DNA from: the human T2T-CHM13v2.0 reference genome, Homo sapiens
Strand: one strand, 5' to 3'
Length of the DNA stretch: 64,000 nt
NCBI RefSeq assembly: GCF_009914755.1
Contig: NC_060931.1
Shown: piece by piece, positions 1 through 12,334 of the stretch
Position numbering within the stretch: position 1 is the stretch's first letter
How the letters are laid out: every line of letters begins with the position of its first letter
Translations under genes and position numbers: made by a program
The notes under the pieces: generated by a model
What the model was told of the DNA's origin: nothing
Database searches by the model: none
What the model saw: only the letters and a program-made list of their open reading frames with translations

Positions 1-176
1 CCAAGTAGCTGGAATTACAGGTGCACACCACCAGGCCCAGCTAGTTTTTGTACTTTTAGTAGAGATAGGGTTTCACCATGTTGGCCAAGCTGGTCTCAAA
101 CTCCTGACTTCAAGTAATCTGCCTGCCTTGGCCTCCCAAAGTGCCAGGACTGCAGGTGTGAGCCATTGCGCCCAAC
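1..176 (-). mobile_element. Alu, cut by window edge
   Basis: Reverse-complement Alu body (gcctcccaaagtg..., ttggccaagctggtctcaaactcctga). Confidence 0.95.
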
Positions 177-295
177 TTTTAATTATATATTATTATTTTA
201 TATAATTATGTATTACTAAATAGTATCATATGCATATATAAATATAATAAATATTGCAATTGATATATAATATAATTATAATATTTAATATGTTT
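177..295. repeat. AT-rich low-complexity tract
   Basis: Almost entirely A/T, degenerate (TA)n/(TATAA)n. Confidence 0.8.
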
Positions 296-547
296 CCACT
301 CATGAAAATTGACTTTTGCTGTACTACAGCTCCACAACTGACTATCCCTGAAGGACAAGGGTGAAGAGGCTACTACCAGTGGGCAAAACTGTAAACAGTG
401 TACTTTGTAACTGTACTTGTACTCCTGGCAGAGGCTCATGGCTTATCTGGTTGGTTGGAGGCATAAAAAGGCAAGACTGAAAGATCAGAGAAAAGAAAGT
501 GGAAGGCAGAGGTGGGAGGACACGTGTGCTAATCTTTATGCCTCATT

Positions 548-830
<283 letters not shown>

Positions 831-1362
831 GATGCCTCGTTTTAATGCTCACCAGAGAACGTCTTCCCCACGATGGTTGGTTAGTGACCAGATGGATGGG
901 ATGACTCAGTGATGATAGGTGTTAGTCGTTGTCTCTCCTAGGCTATGTTGGTGCTTGTACAATTGGCTAAAGAGTTGGTCATGGGGAAGTTACCCATGGG
1001 TCCAAGATTGATCTAGTTGTTCCTATTGCTGAATATTTACCTTGCTAGCAGCAGAGATTGGCTCTGAGCATGTATTACAGTGCCATCCATGAGAAACCCC
1101 TCAAGGTGGTTATTAGGTGGCAAGTTGATTAAACTGATCTTCCTCCACCCTAGAGATGATAGTTTTTCACGTTTACTTGAATTATTACCTATTCCAAACG
1201 TGGTCTGTCTTCCCTGCCCTTGGTGCCTCTGCTGGCACTGCCATACAAGGGCTAGGGAATGCCTGATTTACTGATACGGAATTACCAACCACATTGCGTC
1301 AAAACAAGAGACCCATTAGGTCGGAGCAAAGGTAATTGCAGTTTTCACCATTACTTTTCAAG

Positions 1363-1456
1363 TATTCCATGTGCCCCACTTTACATTCCCTTATTTTATC
1401 TTTTGTCTGATTTGCCATGGTAGAAATTGACAGTACCTTAAGTCAGGTGCAGTACA
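1363..1456 (+). repeat. 94-bp dispersed copy of 3133-3226
   Basis: Ungapped hand alignment, about 15 mismatches in 94 nt. Confidence 0.9.
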
Positions 1457-1466
1457 TGGCTTACTA

Positions 1467-1781
1467 CTTTTTTATTTTTTATTTTTATTTTTATTTTTTG
1501 AGACAGAGTCTTGCTCTGTCACCCAGGCTGGAGTACGGTGGTGTGATCTCCACTCACTGCAACCTCCGCCTCCTGGGTTCAAGTGATTCTCCTGCCTCAG
1601 TCTCCTGAGTAGTTGGGATTACAGGTGCATGCCACCACTCCTGGATAATTTTTTGTATTTTTAGTAGAGATGGAGTTTCCCCATGTTGGCCAGGTTGGTC
1701 TCGAACTCCTGAACTCATGACCCACCTGCCTCAACCTCCCAAAGTGCTGGGATTACAGATGAGAGCCACTGCACCTGGCTC
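1467..1781 (-). mobile_element. Alu
   Basis: Full dimer with (TTTTTA)n tail; TSD-like ttactac/ttactat + T-run. Confidence 0.95.
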
Positions 1782-2107
1782 AGGTTACTATTTTTAATGG
1801 CAAAAACAGTAATTACTTTTGCACCTACGTAATATTTTTTGGAGTTGTGACAAAGAGTGCATGACCATGGGATCCACTGCTTCTATCATAAATGATACAG
1901 CCCTAAAGCAGCCACTCTAATACAATACATAAATGATCTGTTAAAGTCTTGGTGAAGGTGCAGCTCAAGGGAAAAAAATCCTGTTGGGTTGGAGACTTGT
2001 CCTCCAGAATGCAGTATATGCAGTGAAGCCTATATGTGGTGCTACGTCCCCAAGAAACTCCAATGCCAGGGCCTAGGAACCAAGCAGTGAAGGTGGGTTT
2101 GGAGCCC

Positions 2108-2397
<290 letters not shown>

Positions 2398-2690
2398 ATG
2401 GGTTTAGATCCTCTCACTATCGCTCTTAATGACACATTTAAAATGTTTATGATTCTTCTTCCTGAAAACTTAGTCCTTGCTGGAATAGAAGTTCTGGTTT
2501 CTAAGGAGGAAATTCTTCCACTAGGGGTCACAGTAAGAATTCCACTAATGTTGAAACCACAGCTATCACCTGGGCATGCTGGGCTCTTCATGTGTGTGGA
2601 CCAGGAGGCAAATAAAAAAATCTCAATTTTAGAAGAAATATTGTATTAATACTTTCCTGATTACCATGAGGACATGAGGCTATGGCTACA
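2398..2690 (+). pseudogene. ERV-L dUTPase domain remnant
   Basis: ORF 2398-2649 PLTIALND..AGIEVLVSKEEILPLGVTVRIPLMLKPQLSPGHAGL aligns to ERV-L dUTPase (PLTITPSD..AGLEVLVPEGGTLPPGDT..IPLNWKLRLPPGHFGL); stop just before PDYHED. Confidence 0.85.
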
Positions 2691-3494
2691 CACTAGGAGG
2701 GCAGAAAATAAGCAGTAAGATTCCTCTTGGTGCTTCTATGCTCAGAGGTAGCTGGAAATGTACAATTGTAGCAAATCCAGTTCAGGAAGAGCAAAGCAAA
2801 GAAGGTCTCAGACCCCTTGCACAAAAAGATTTTGTAGGTCATCCCATTTAGTAAGTATTCAGGACCTACTGAGGTGCTGGTCGAAGTGAAGAGGGTCTAA
2901 AAGAATGGTCGACTGAAGAGATAGATCTATTGCACTCTCAAGACCAGTTGCAATAGCAGGAATTGTAGCTTAGTGCATGAGCATGGGATCCACTAATCCA
3001 TTAATCTATTAATCTATTATATTAAATGTTTTATACAGATTGCTGCCAGCTGCCTGCCACCTTGAAAAGGTCTGAGACAGACTGAACTTAGTGGTGAGCT
3101 TGAACAGTTCACAGTCATGCAACTATACTGGTTATTCCATGTGCCCCATGTTACATCCCCTTAGTTCACTTTTTGTCTGATTTGTTAATGTATAAATTGA
3201 CAGTACTTTGAGTCAGGTGCACTACAGGAGTCTTGATTTTCCATCAAGGGCTTCTTTGATGTTGCAGCATGGGACCCATACAGGAATCCCACGGACACTT
3301 CCTCACGCATATTCTGGAGGTATGAAAACATTAACACCCCATGGGGCAATCCTTGACCAACTAAGAAGTGGATCAGTGAGTTAATGCTTTTATCTTCTGA
3401 CTTTCAGGTGAACAGTCCTAAAGCTCATAGCCCAGCCCCAATTTCCGTTAGCAATGACTAGCTTGATAAATCATCCTTGTATTGATTTTGCTTC

Positions 3495-3998
3495 TGTATT
3501 AGATAGCTTTTGCTGTATAGCAAACCATTCCAAATCTTAGTTGCTTAAGATAACAACCATTTATTTGGCTCATAAATGTGTGGATCAGATAGATGAGCAT
3601 TCTGCTTATCTATTCCAGACTTAGCTGATCTTAGCTGTGCTGACTCATGCATTCTGTGGGCAGGTGCTGAGTCAGATGGGCACAGGATAAGCTAGGGCAG
3701 CCTCTGTGGGGATGTCATTGTGGTTTCCCATTCTTCATCAGGGTAGCCTGGGCTTCCTCACATTGGAGGTTGCAGAGTCCCAAGAAAATAAAAGCAAGTG
3801 TGCAAAGCCTGTGGATGTCTAGGCTGAAACTGGAACAATGTCACTTCTGACACATTCTATTTGTCCCAGAAAATCACAAGTTTAGCACAGATTCAAATAC
3901 ACTCTATCTCTGGATGAAAAGAGCCACAAGGCTGCATTGCAGAACTTCTACACAGTGAAGGGAATAATGGCAACCATTTTTGCAAATATTCGGCTACA
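3495..3998 (-). mobile_element. MLT1-family MaLR LTR
   Basis: Starts tgtattag..tttgctgtatagcaaaccattccaaatcttagttgcttaagataacaaccatttattt. Confidence 0.8.
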
Positions 3999-4003
3999 CT
4001 TTC

Positions 4004-4993
4004 TATGACTGTGAGTGTGATGTGTCAACTTGGGTAGGTGATGGTACCCAGCTATTTAATCAAAGAGGAATCTAGGTGTTGCTGTGAAGGTATTTTGTAG
4101 ACATGGTTAACATCTACAACCACCTCACTTTAAGTAAGGAGGATTACCCTTAGTAATGTGGCTTTGTCAGAGGTGTGTAAACCAGAGTAACTTCATCTTG
4201 AATAGGAGCTGGGTAAAATGAGGCTGAGATCTACTGGGCTGCATTCCCAGAAGGTAAAGTCATTCTAAGTCATAGGATGAGATAAGAGGTCAGCACAACA
4301 TACAGGTCATAAAGACCTTGCTGATAAAACAGGTTGCAGTAAAGAAGTCGGCCAAAACCCACCAAAACAAAGATGCAGCAAGAGTGACCTCTGATCGTCC
4401 TCACTGCTACACTCCCACCAGCGCCATGACCGTTTACAAATGCCATGATAACATCAGGAAGTTACGTTATATGGTCTAAAAAGGGGAGGCATGAATAATC
4501 CACTCCTTGCTTAGCATATCTTCAAGAAATAACCATAAAAATGGACAACCAGTGACCCTTGGGGCTGCTCTGTTTATGGAGTAGTGATTCTTTATTCCTT
4601 TACATTCTTAATAAACTTGCCTTCACTTTACTCTATGGACTCACCCTGAATTCTTTCTTGCATGAGATCCAAGAACCCTCTCTTGGTGTCTGGATCGGGA
4701 CCCCTTTCCTGTAACAGCTGTGCCTCATCACATCATTTGAAAGACCTTAAGAGTAAGAACTGAGATTTCTCAAAGAAGAAGAAATCCTGTCTCGAGGCCG
4801 CAGCATCAGTTCGCCCTTGAGTGTCCAGGCTGCTGGCCTGTCCTGTGGATTTCAGACTTGCCAGTTCCTATCATTGTGTAAGCCAATCCTTTAAAATAAA
4901 TCTCTTAATATTTTATCAATAGATGTAAATAGATCTAATGTTTTATGGATAGTTTGATTGATTTTGTTTTTCTGGAATGCATCGGCTGATATA
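4004..4993 (+). mobile_element. MLT2 (MLT2D-like) LTR, split by MER41
   Basis: atgtgtcaacttgg..tctaggtgttgctgtgaaggtattttgtaga; after MER41 ggatttcagacttgccag..aaaataaatctc. Confidence 0.85.
4165..4716 (+). mobile_element. MER41A-like solo LTR (ERV1)
   Basis: tgtcagagg...gagatccaagaaccctctcttgg..cctttcctgtaaca, 552 bp, TG..CA, near-TSD gctt/gctg. Confidence 0.9.
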
Positions 4994-5459
4994 CCTTCCT
5001 TCCCCATGTCCCTTTTCCAAGATCTTTCCTGTTCCCTGGGATGACTTCCCAAAATAAGCTGCCCACAATAAACCCGTGTCTGAGGTTCTGCTTTTTTGAG
5101 ACAACTCAGCCTAAGCCGGTAGGTATTTCGACAAAAAAAAAAAGTCACTTTTGCTTTGTTTCAGGAAAAGTCTGTGATACGCCATTTGTGGCCTGTGAGG
5201 ACTTGTTATTCAGAGAGAAGTTCAAAAATACTGAAACTGAATGTGAGAAATATATATGTACTTGAAGCTTTACTGGAAAATTAAAAATGCAAATGGAAGA
5301 TGTCAGAGCCATGAGCTGGGAACGGTGTCACCAACATTTGTTACGATGGAAGATTATATTTATCTTTGAGGTCATTGGGATTCTCAGTTATATGGAAGGC
5401 TGGTAGGGAGGATTAACAGCAGTACATTCTGCTGAATGTCCCCTACATCCTTCCCCTGC

Positions 5460-5910
5460 AAATCTAAAATTGGACAACTTATCATCACCTCTAATTCTCC
5501 TATTCTGGTAACCAGCCACTGTCATTTCTTACCTGGATTGTCATAGCCTCCTAACCGATCTCTGTGATTCCACCCTCAGTCCCTTCCAGTCTATTCTTAC
5601 CCTACAGGTCAGAGGGAACCCCGGTAAAATGCTAAGTCAGATCACACAATTCCTCAAGTCACAATCTCACCAAACTTCCATTGTTCTCGGGATAAAAATT
5701 GACACGGTAGTTTTCAAGGCTCAGCATGATCTGGCCCCGGTTTAACTCTCTGGTCTTGCGTCCTGTTATTTCCCTCCCTCACTTCAGCAACCCTGGTCTC
5801 ATTGCTACTCCCCAAGCACTCTAGACATGCTCATGCCTTAAGACCATGCTGCCTACTCCTCCCAAACAGCTCTTCACCCAGGTGTCTATATGGCCTCCAC
5901 ACTCACATCT
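5460..5910 (+). mobile_element. L2 fragment
   Basis: ttacctggattgtcatagcctcctaac..aagtcagatcac..catgatctggcccc. Confidence 0.75.
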
Positions 5911-5979
5911 CCAAGGGACACCATCTGCATTGTAGCACAGACACACAACATGTTGGAGATTTGTTAGCCAATCCCATAA

Positions 5980-6284
<305 letters not shown>

Positions 6285-6299
6285 TCCCTAACCTTCAAG

Positions 6300-6385
6300 T
6301 TGGGGAAAGGGAGGAACAGATAGGTTAAATGACTTCCCCAGGGTCTCTCATCTGATAGGAAAACTGGCAAAAGAAACCCTGTTTC
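6300..6385 (-). mobile_element. MIR fragment
   Basis: agataggttaaatgacttccccagggtc core. Confidence 0.6.
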
Positions 6386-7454
6386 ACAGACCCTGTGTTG
6401 CAAGAAATGTTTCACAAAATAATTTCATTTGGAGAAAGAGGGTTTGGCAACTGATCATCCAGAGAACATTTTCATCTGGGTATCTTGGCATTGCTTGGTT
6501 CTATTAGAGAATTGTAACGTAGAGAATGATGAATGCATATTTATTCCCACACTGTGTGAGACACAGAGCTGGAAACCTTGCCCCCCATCCCCCAACCCCC
6601 ACGTCAACCTCTGCAATCAACAAACTCAGCAGCACGAATCCCCATGTGAAATGACTAGGGAGAGAAGCTGATCCCAGCCTTGTACTTTGTCTCTGTCTCA
6701 TATTCAATATTCCCTGGCAGGTGCGGAGAATGACTCATTCCCCCTACTCCTCTGAAAATGTCCCTTTCATGTTTCATAAACAACAGCTTTGCTGTGCCAT
6801 TGTCTCTGTTAGTTATTTTCATAATTCATAATTATCTTCGTTCTTAAAATGTAGACGTACATTTAAAAGCATGATCCAATCCAGCTTGATTGCCGCCACA
6901 TTGTGTTCAAAGTAATTACCATTCATTTGGCTTTTGAGGCCGTTGAATGAATTTTCCACATGAGATTCCTTAATTTGTACATATTTTATTGCTATAAAAT
7001 AGGTATTGGCAAGCTGCCTAAACTGCAGCGAAGGCCTTTAATTCCTATCACTCTGTGATAAAACAAACTGAGTGCAAACTGAGAGTCTTAAGATAGAACA
7101 CTTGAAATGGATTTGACTCCTTTTGCCAAACCAAGTTTCCCCAGGTGTGAGACACAGGTAAGATTAAGGTAGCTTAGTTCAGGCTGAGAGCTCAGAATTG
7201 TTTTAGCATTTGTATAAAAATGATAATGTCCCTCCACAATGGCAAACCTTTCTCTTTCCTTGATCTATTATTCCTTGGAGAAAGGATGTTTGGAGAGAAA
7301 ATGTTATTAACATTTTTTCATGCATAGTGAGAGAAATCAAGTAAGGCGCAAAACAGAGCCAGGGAATTCTTGGTCACAGTAGAGACCTGGGCCAGGTGTT
7401 ATGAGACCTGGCAGGGGGCGGGAGGGGGACAGTGTCCTGGAGGGAGCTCTGGAA

Positions 7455-7550
7455 AGCTGTGTGGCCTTTGGAAAGCCTTCTACCTCTCTGAATCCAATTT
7501 GCTCCCTTGTAAAATTAAGGGGTTAGGAGAAGTGATTCCTAAATTTAATT
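7455..7550 (+). mobile_element. MIR/MIR3 fragment
   Basis: gctgtgtggcctttggaaag..cctctctgaatcc..tgtaaaat. Confidence 0.55.
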
Positions 7551-7639
7551 TGTAATTTGTTTTTCTGAGGTTATCGGTACCTTGGGTTTACTCAAGTTCT
7601 TTTCACTGAGGCTTTCTCTAGGGTTTTGTTTGTTTGCCT

Positions 7640-8003
7640 GTTTTGTTTTGTTTTGGTTTTATATACATTGAAGGGGTGCAAGTGCAATTTTGTTGCGTGC
7701 AATATTGCACAGTAATGAAGTCTTGGCTTTTAGTGTGTCCATCACCCAAGTACCCAGTAATGTACATTGTATCTGTTAAGCAATTTCTCATCCCCCAGCC
7801 CCCACCCACCCTCCCACCTTTCAGAGTCTCCAATATCTATCATTCGACACTCCTTTTATATGCATTTAGCTCCCACTTACAAGTGAGAACGTGTGGCTTT
7901 TGTCTTTCTGTTTCTGAGTTGTTTTGCATGAAATAATGGCCTCTAATTCTATGTTGCTGCAAAATACATGATTTTATTCTTTTTTATGGATGAATAGTAT
8001 TCC

Positions 8004-8045
<42 letters not shown>

Positions 8046-8078
8046 CGTGTTATTTATCCAATCATCCATTGATGGACA
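7640..8078 (-). mobile_element. L1 3' end (L1PB/L1MA-like) containing (CA)n
   Basis: tttagctcccacttacaagtgagaac; tgaatagtattccatt; tttatccaatcatccattgatggacac. Confidence 0.85.
8007..8045. repeat. (CA)n(TA)n microsatellite
   Basis: About 15 CA units followed by TA. Confidence 0.95.
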
Positions 8079-8116
8079 CAAAATCACATCTATGTTGTTT
8101 CTTACACATAGGAAAA

Positions 8117-8337
8117 AGGAAGTGAGATGGCAGGAGGCTGTTCTGAATCAGGAAGTGAGATGGTGGGAGGCCATTCTGAAACAGGAAGTGAGATGGTGGG
8201 AGGCCATTCTGAAACAGGAAGTGAGATGGTGGGAGGCCGTTCTGAAACAGGAAGTGAGATGGTGGGAGGCGATTCTGAAACAGGAAGTGAGATGGTGGGA
8301 GGCTGTTCTGAAACAGGAAGTGAGGTGGCCAGAGGCT
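8117..8337 (+). repeat. 33-bp minisatellite, about 6.7 copies (AGGAAGTGAGATGGTGGGAGGCnnTTCTGAAAC)
   Basis: Units start at 8117, 8150, 8183, 8216, 8249, 8282, 8315. Confidence 0.97.
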
Positions 8338-8533
8338 AAGTTGTAGAAAGGATTCAAGTGTTGGGTAAATGACCTTCAAGGTTTTTCCTAATCCAGAAAT
8401 CCTTTGATTCCATGTGTTCGGTGGACATTTCTCCTGACTTCATCAGTGGGATTTTCACCACCTTCCAGTCCAAATCCTTCCCACCATTTCTGGGTTTTCA
8501 TGGGCATGTGCACATGCTTAGGCATTTATTGTC

Positions 8534-8941
8534 TGTGTTAGTCCAGACACAGTTTGCATTGCTATAAAGGAATACCTGAGACTGGGTAATTGATCAAGAA
8601 AATAGGTGTATTTGGGTCACAGTTCTTCAGGCTGTATAAGCATAGTGCCAACTTCTGCTTGGCTTCTGGTGAGGCTTCAGGAGGCTTTCACTAATGGGAG
8701 AAGGTGAAAGGGGAGCAGGTGTGTCACATGGCAGGAAAGGAAGCAGGAGAGAGATGGGGGTGGTCCCAAACTCTTTTTAACAATCAGATCTCATGGTAAT
8801 TTATTACCACAGCGAGGGTACCAAACCATTCATGAAGGATCTGCCTCCTGGACCAAAACATCTCCCACTAGCCCCCACTTCCAACACTGGGGATCACATT
8901 TCAACATGAGATTTGGAGGGGCAAACATCCAAACTATGGCA
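8534..8941 (-). mobile_element. MST (MSTB-like) MaLR solo LTR
   Basis: ttgcattgctataaaggaatacctgagactgggtaat...catgagatttggaggggcaaacatccaaact; TSD ttgtc/ttgtc. Confidence 0.9.
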
Positions 8942-9184
8942 TTGTCTTTGAAATCCACCCCAGCTTTTCTCTGCTTTCCAAGAGCTACCCTTTTTAGCCT
9001 GATTTAGGGTAACTGGCATGACGTCCATGGAGCCATTTCCAGTGAATTCTACCCAGCAATAAATGTCTCTACAAAGCACATAGTTCCACAGTAGTCTATC
9101 CTGTTTTCTGGTGTTTAATACGTATTTCTCTTCTTTGTGCAACTAATTGTATATTCTTTAAGAAAAGAGTTGATGTCTTATACT

Positions 9185-9663
9185 CCTATGCTCATCACAG
9201 CACTATTCACAATAGCTAAGTCATGGAACCAACGTTAAGTGTCCATCAGTGGTTGATTTGGTTGATTGAATAAAGAAAATGAGGTACGTATACACTGTGG
9301 AATACTATGCAGCCATAAAAAGAATGAAATCATGTCCTTTGAAGGAAAGTGAATGGAGCTGGACACTATTATCCTAAGTGAACTAACTCAGAAACAAAAA
9401 CCATACTCTGAATGTTTTCACTTATAAACGGGAACTAAACAATGGGTACACATGGATATAAAGATGGAAATAATAGACTCTGGGGACTCCAAAAGTGGAG
9501 AGGGTGGCAGAAGGGCAAGGGCTTAAAAAGTGCCCATCGGGTGCCATGTTCACTCTTAGTAATGAGTACGCTAGAAGCCCAATCCCACCAGTATGCAATC
9601 CACCTATGCACATGCACCCCCTGAATCTAAAATAAAATTAAATTAAATTAAAAAAGAAAAAAA
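9185..9663 (+). mobile_element. L1PB-like 3' end
   Basis: cagcactattcacaatagc..ggaatactatgcagccataaaaag..cccctgaatctaaaataaaa; TSD-like aagaaaagagttgatgtc/aagaaaaaaagtggtgtc. Confidence 0.9.
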
Positions 9664-9857
9664 GTGGTGTCAACTTCCTTTTCTCACCATAGTGAGACTC
9701 ATAGCTGGTATTTAATAGATACTCATTGATCAGTGGATCCAACATGAATTTTTTCATTCATTTATTTATCAAACATTTAATTGGCATATTTATTAAATCT
9801 CTCTGGATCCTAGGGATTGACTAGTCTGTTCTCTTCCACTGAAAACACCCATTTTTT

Positions 9858-10164
<307 letters not shown>

Positions 10165-10265
10165 GGAACACCCATTTTTCTCTTTGACATTCTTTTCCCC
10201 AAATCTTCATTAGTGCAGGCCTATAATACCTCTATCGGATTATCTCGAAAATAAGCACATGATGC

Positions 10266-10562
10266 TTCTTTTTGTTTTTTGTAAGCATGGTCTCACTCTG
10301 TTGCTCAAGCTGGAGTGCAGTGGCACATTCATGGCTCACTGTAGCCTTGACCCCCCGCACCCTGAGCTCAAGTGATCCTCCCACTTCAAGCTCCTGAGTA
10401 GCTGGGACAATGCGCCCGGCTAATTTCTTGATTTTTTTTTTTTATAGAGATAGAGTCCCACTATATTGCCCAGGCTGGTTTCAAACTCCTGGGCTTAAGC
10501 CATCCTCCAGCCTCAGCCTCCCAAACTGCTGGGATTATAGGTGTGAGCCACCTCACCCAGCC
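10266..10562 (-). mobile_element. Alu (J-type)
   Basis: Diverged dimer. Confidence 0.9.
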
Positions 10563-10829
10563 CCAAACCCAAATCTTCATGAAAATACCCACAGGGTTTT
10601 TGACAATGAGTAGGAAGAGCTCTATCCCTGACCCCTATAAACTGCCGATCTTAGCAAAACAAAATGTTGAAAAAGCATTTCCTATGGTACTTAAATGGAA
10701 TTCAATACTAACACATCAGAGGTTGTAAGTATCTCTGGCCTTATCCCAACTATAAATAACTCAATGGTCCTTATTTATTTAGTAATTATAAATAATGTGA
10801 TAACAGGGGTGTCTGCTATGCTCACCATT

Positions 10830-11450
10830 TTACACTTGTTCTGCAAAATCTCAAACATACACAGAAATAGAAATCATAGCAATGAACCTTAGGTGCCCAT
10901 CACTCAGCTTTCACAATTCTTTATTTATGGCCAATCTTTTCTCATCTATACTGCCCCATCCCAGGTATCTATACATTTTCCAGAATGCGTGTCTAAATGA
11001 TAAGAATTTTTAAATATGCATAATCATAATACCAATATTGCATCCTAAAAAGCTAGCAATAGTTCTTTAATATTATCAAATAGCCATCTGTGCAGTTTGT
11101 ACATTTCCCCAATAGTCTCATAAATTTTTTTTAAAGAATTCACTTATTAAATAGGATCCACTTAAAGCCCACACATTGCATTTGATTAATGTGTCCCTTA
11201 AGTGTTTTTAAATCTAGAGGTTCCATCTTCATCTCTTTTAAAAACATTTTTATTTGCAATTTATTTTTTTTAATAAACCCAGCCATTTATCCTCTATAGC
11301 TTTCTACATTCTGAACTTTACTGATTACATCCCAAAGGTCTTGTTAAACCTGGTCCTCTGGACCCTGAATGTCTTGTAAACTGGTAGCTATGTCTGAGGC
11401 TCGATGCAATTCAGTTGGAATTTGGGGCAAGAATAAGTTAGAGGTGATGG
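10830..11450 (-). mobile_element. Old L1 3' end (L1MC4/5-like)
   Basis: aaacatacacagaaatag..gtgcccatcactcagctt..aggatcca..cacacattgcatttgatt. Confidence 0.7.
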
Positions 11451-11811
11451 TGTTATCATTTCGTCTCTGTCTCATAGCACAAGGCTGACATAGAGGGGGT
11501 GATTCGTGAATGCTTGTTAGATACATGAATGCATGATCTCTTACCCTGTTATGTTCCAATTGAATTCCTTAACATCTCCCATGCCAAGGTATTGTTCCAT
11601 TTTCTCATGGCATGATATTTGGCTTAGCCAATGCAGTGTCAGCCTTGTACTGGGCAATAAAAGATCTCCCACAAGGAGCTCACTGCCTGGGGAACAGGGG
11701 AGGCAGGATGGCAATGGAATTTATAGGTTGCCATGAGAATACAGAACAAGGATGTCAAATCAGTCTCAAGGGGCATAGAAAGTCTTACTGGGGAATGAAT
11801 GCCTGATATTA

Positions 11812-12165
<354 letters not shown>

Positions 12166-12334
12166 CTAAGGCAAAGGACCATTGGACAACAGGTGAATGG
12201 TGCATGGGAAGCTGCCAGTGGTTCTGGAGGGTGGATAACAAAGAGTAATAAGGTCCAAGAGGCAGACCATGGATGACCTGGAATCCCAACTAGGGAATTT
12301 TAATTGCATTTTAAAGAGGATGAAAAGCCTTTGA

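Larger units (their letters stand above)
1316..1832. mobile_element. MADE1 (Hsmar1-derived MITE) split into two halves
   Basis: Left TIR ttaggtcggagcaaaggtaattgcagttttcaccatt (1316-1352); right TIR aatggcaaaaacagtaattacttttgcacctacgtaa (1796-1832) followed by TA. Confidence 0.9.
3124..5117 (+). mobile_element. LTR16-like 3' LTR of the ERV-L, split into 3124-3494 and 4994-5117
   Basis: ggggcaatccttgaccaa motif; 3' end cctgggatgacttcccaaaataagct...tgtctgaggttctgctttt...cagcctaag; follows the pol end. Confidence 0.7.

Noticed and set aside
1316-1832. miR-548-type hairpin from MADE1
   Set aside because: TIRs are separated by about 440 bp, so no short pre-miRNA hairpin
7042-7062. tetO-like tcctatcac..gtgataa
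   Set aside because: Spacing and sequence differ from tetO; no vector sequence anywhere in the window
8117-8337. CRISPR-like array
   Set aside because: Contiguous tandem units with no unique spacers, no cas genes, primate DNA
7990-8379. Repetitive ORFs (QEVRWWEAILK etc.) in several frames
   Set aside because: A 33-bp unit gives 11-aa repeats on both strands; no coding context
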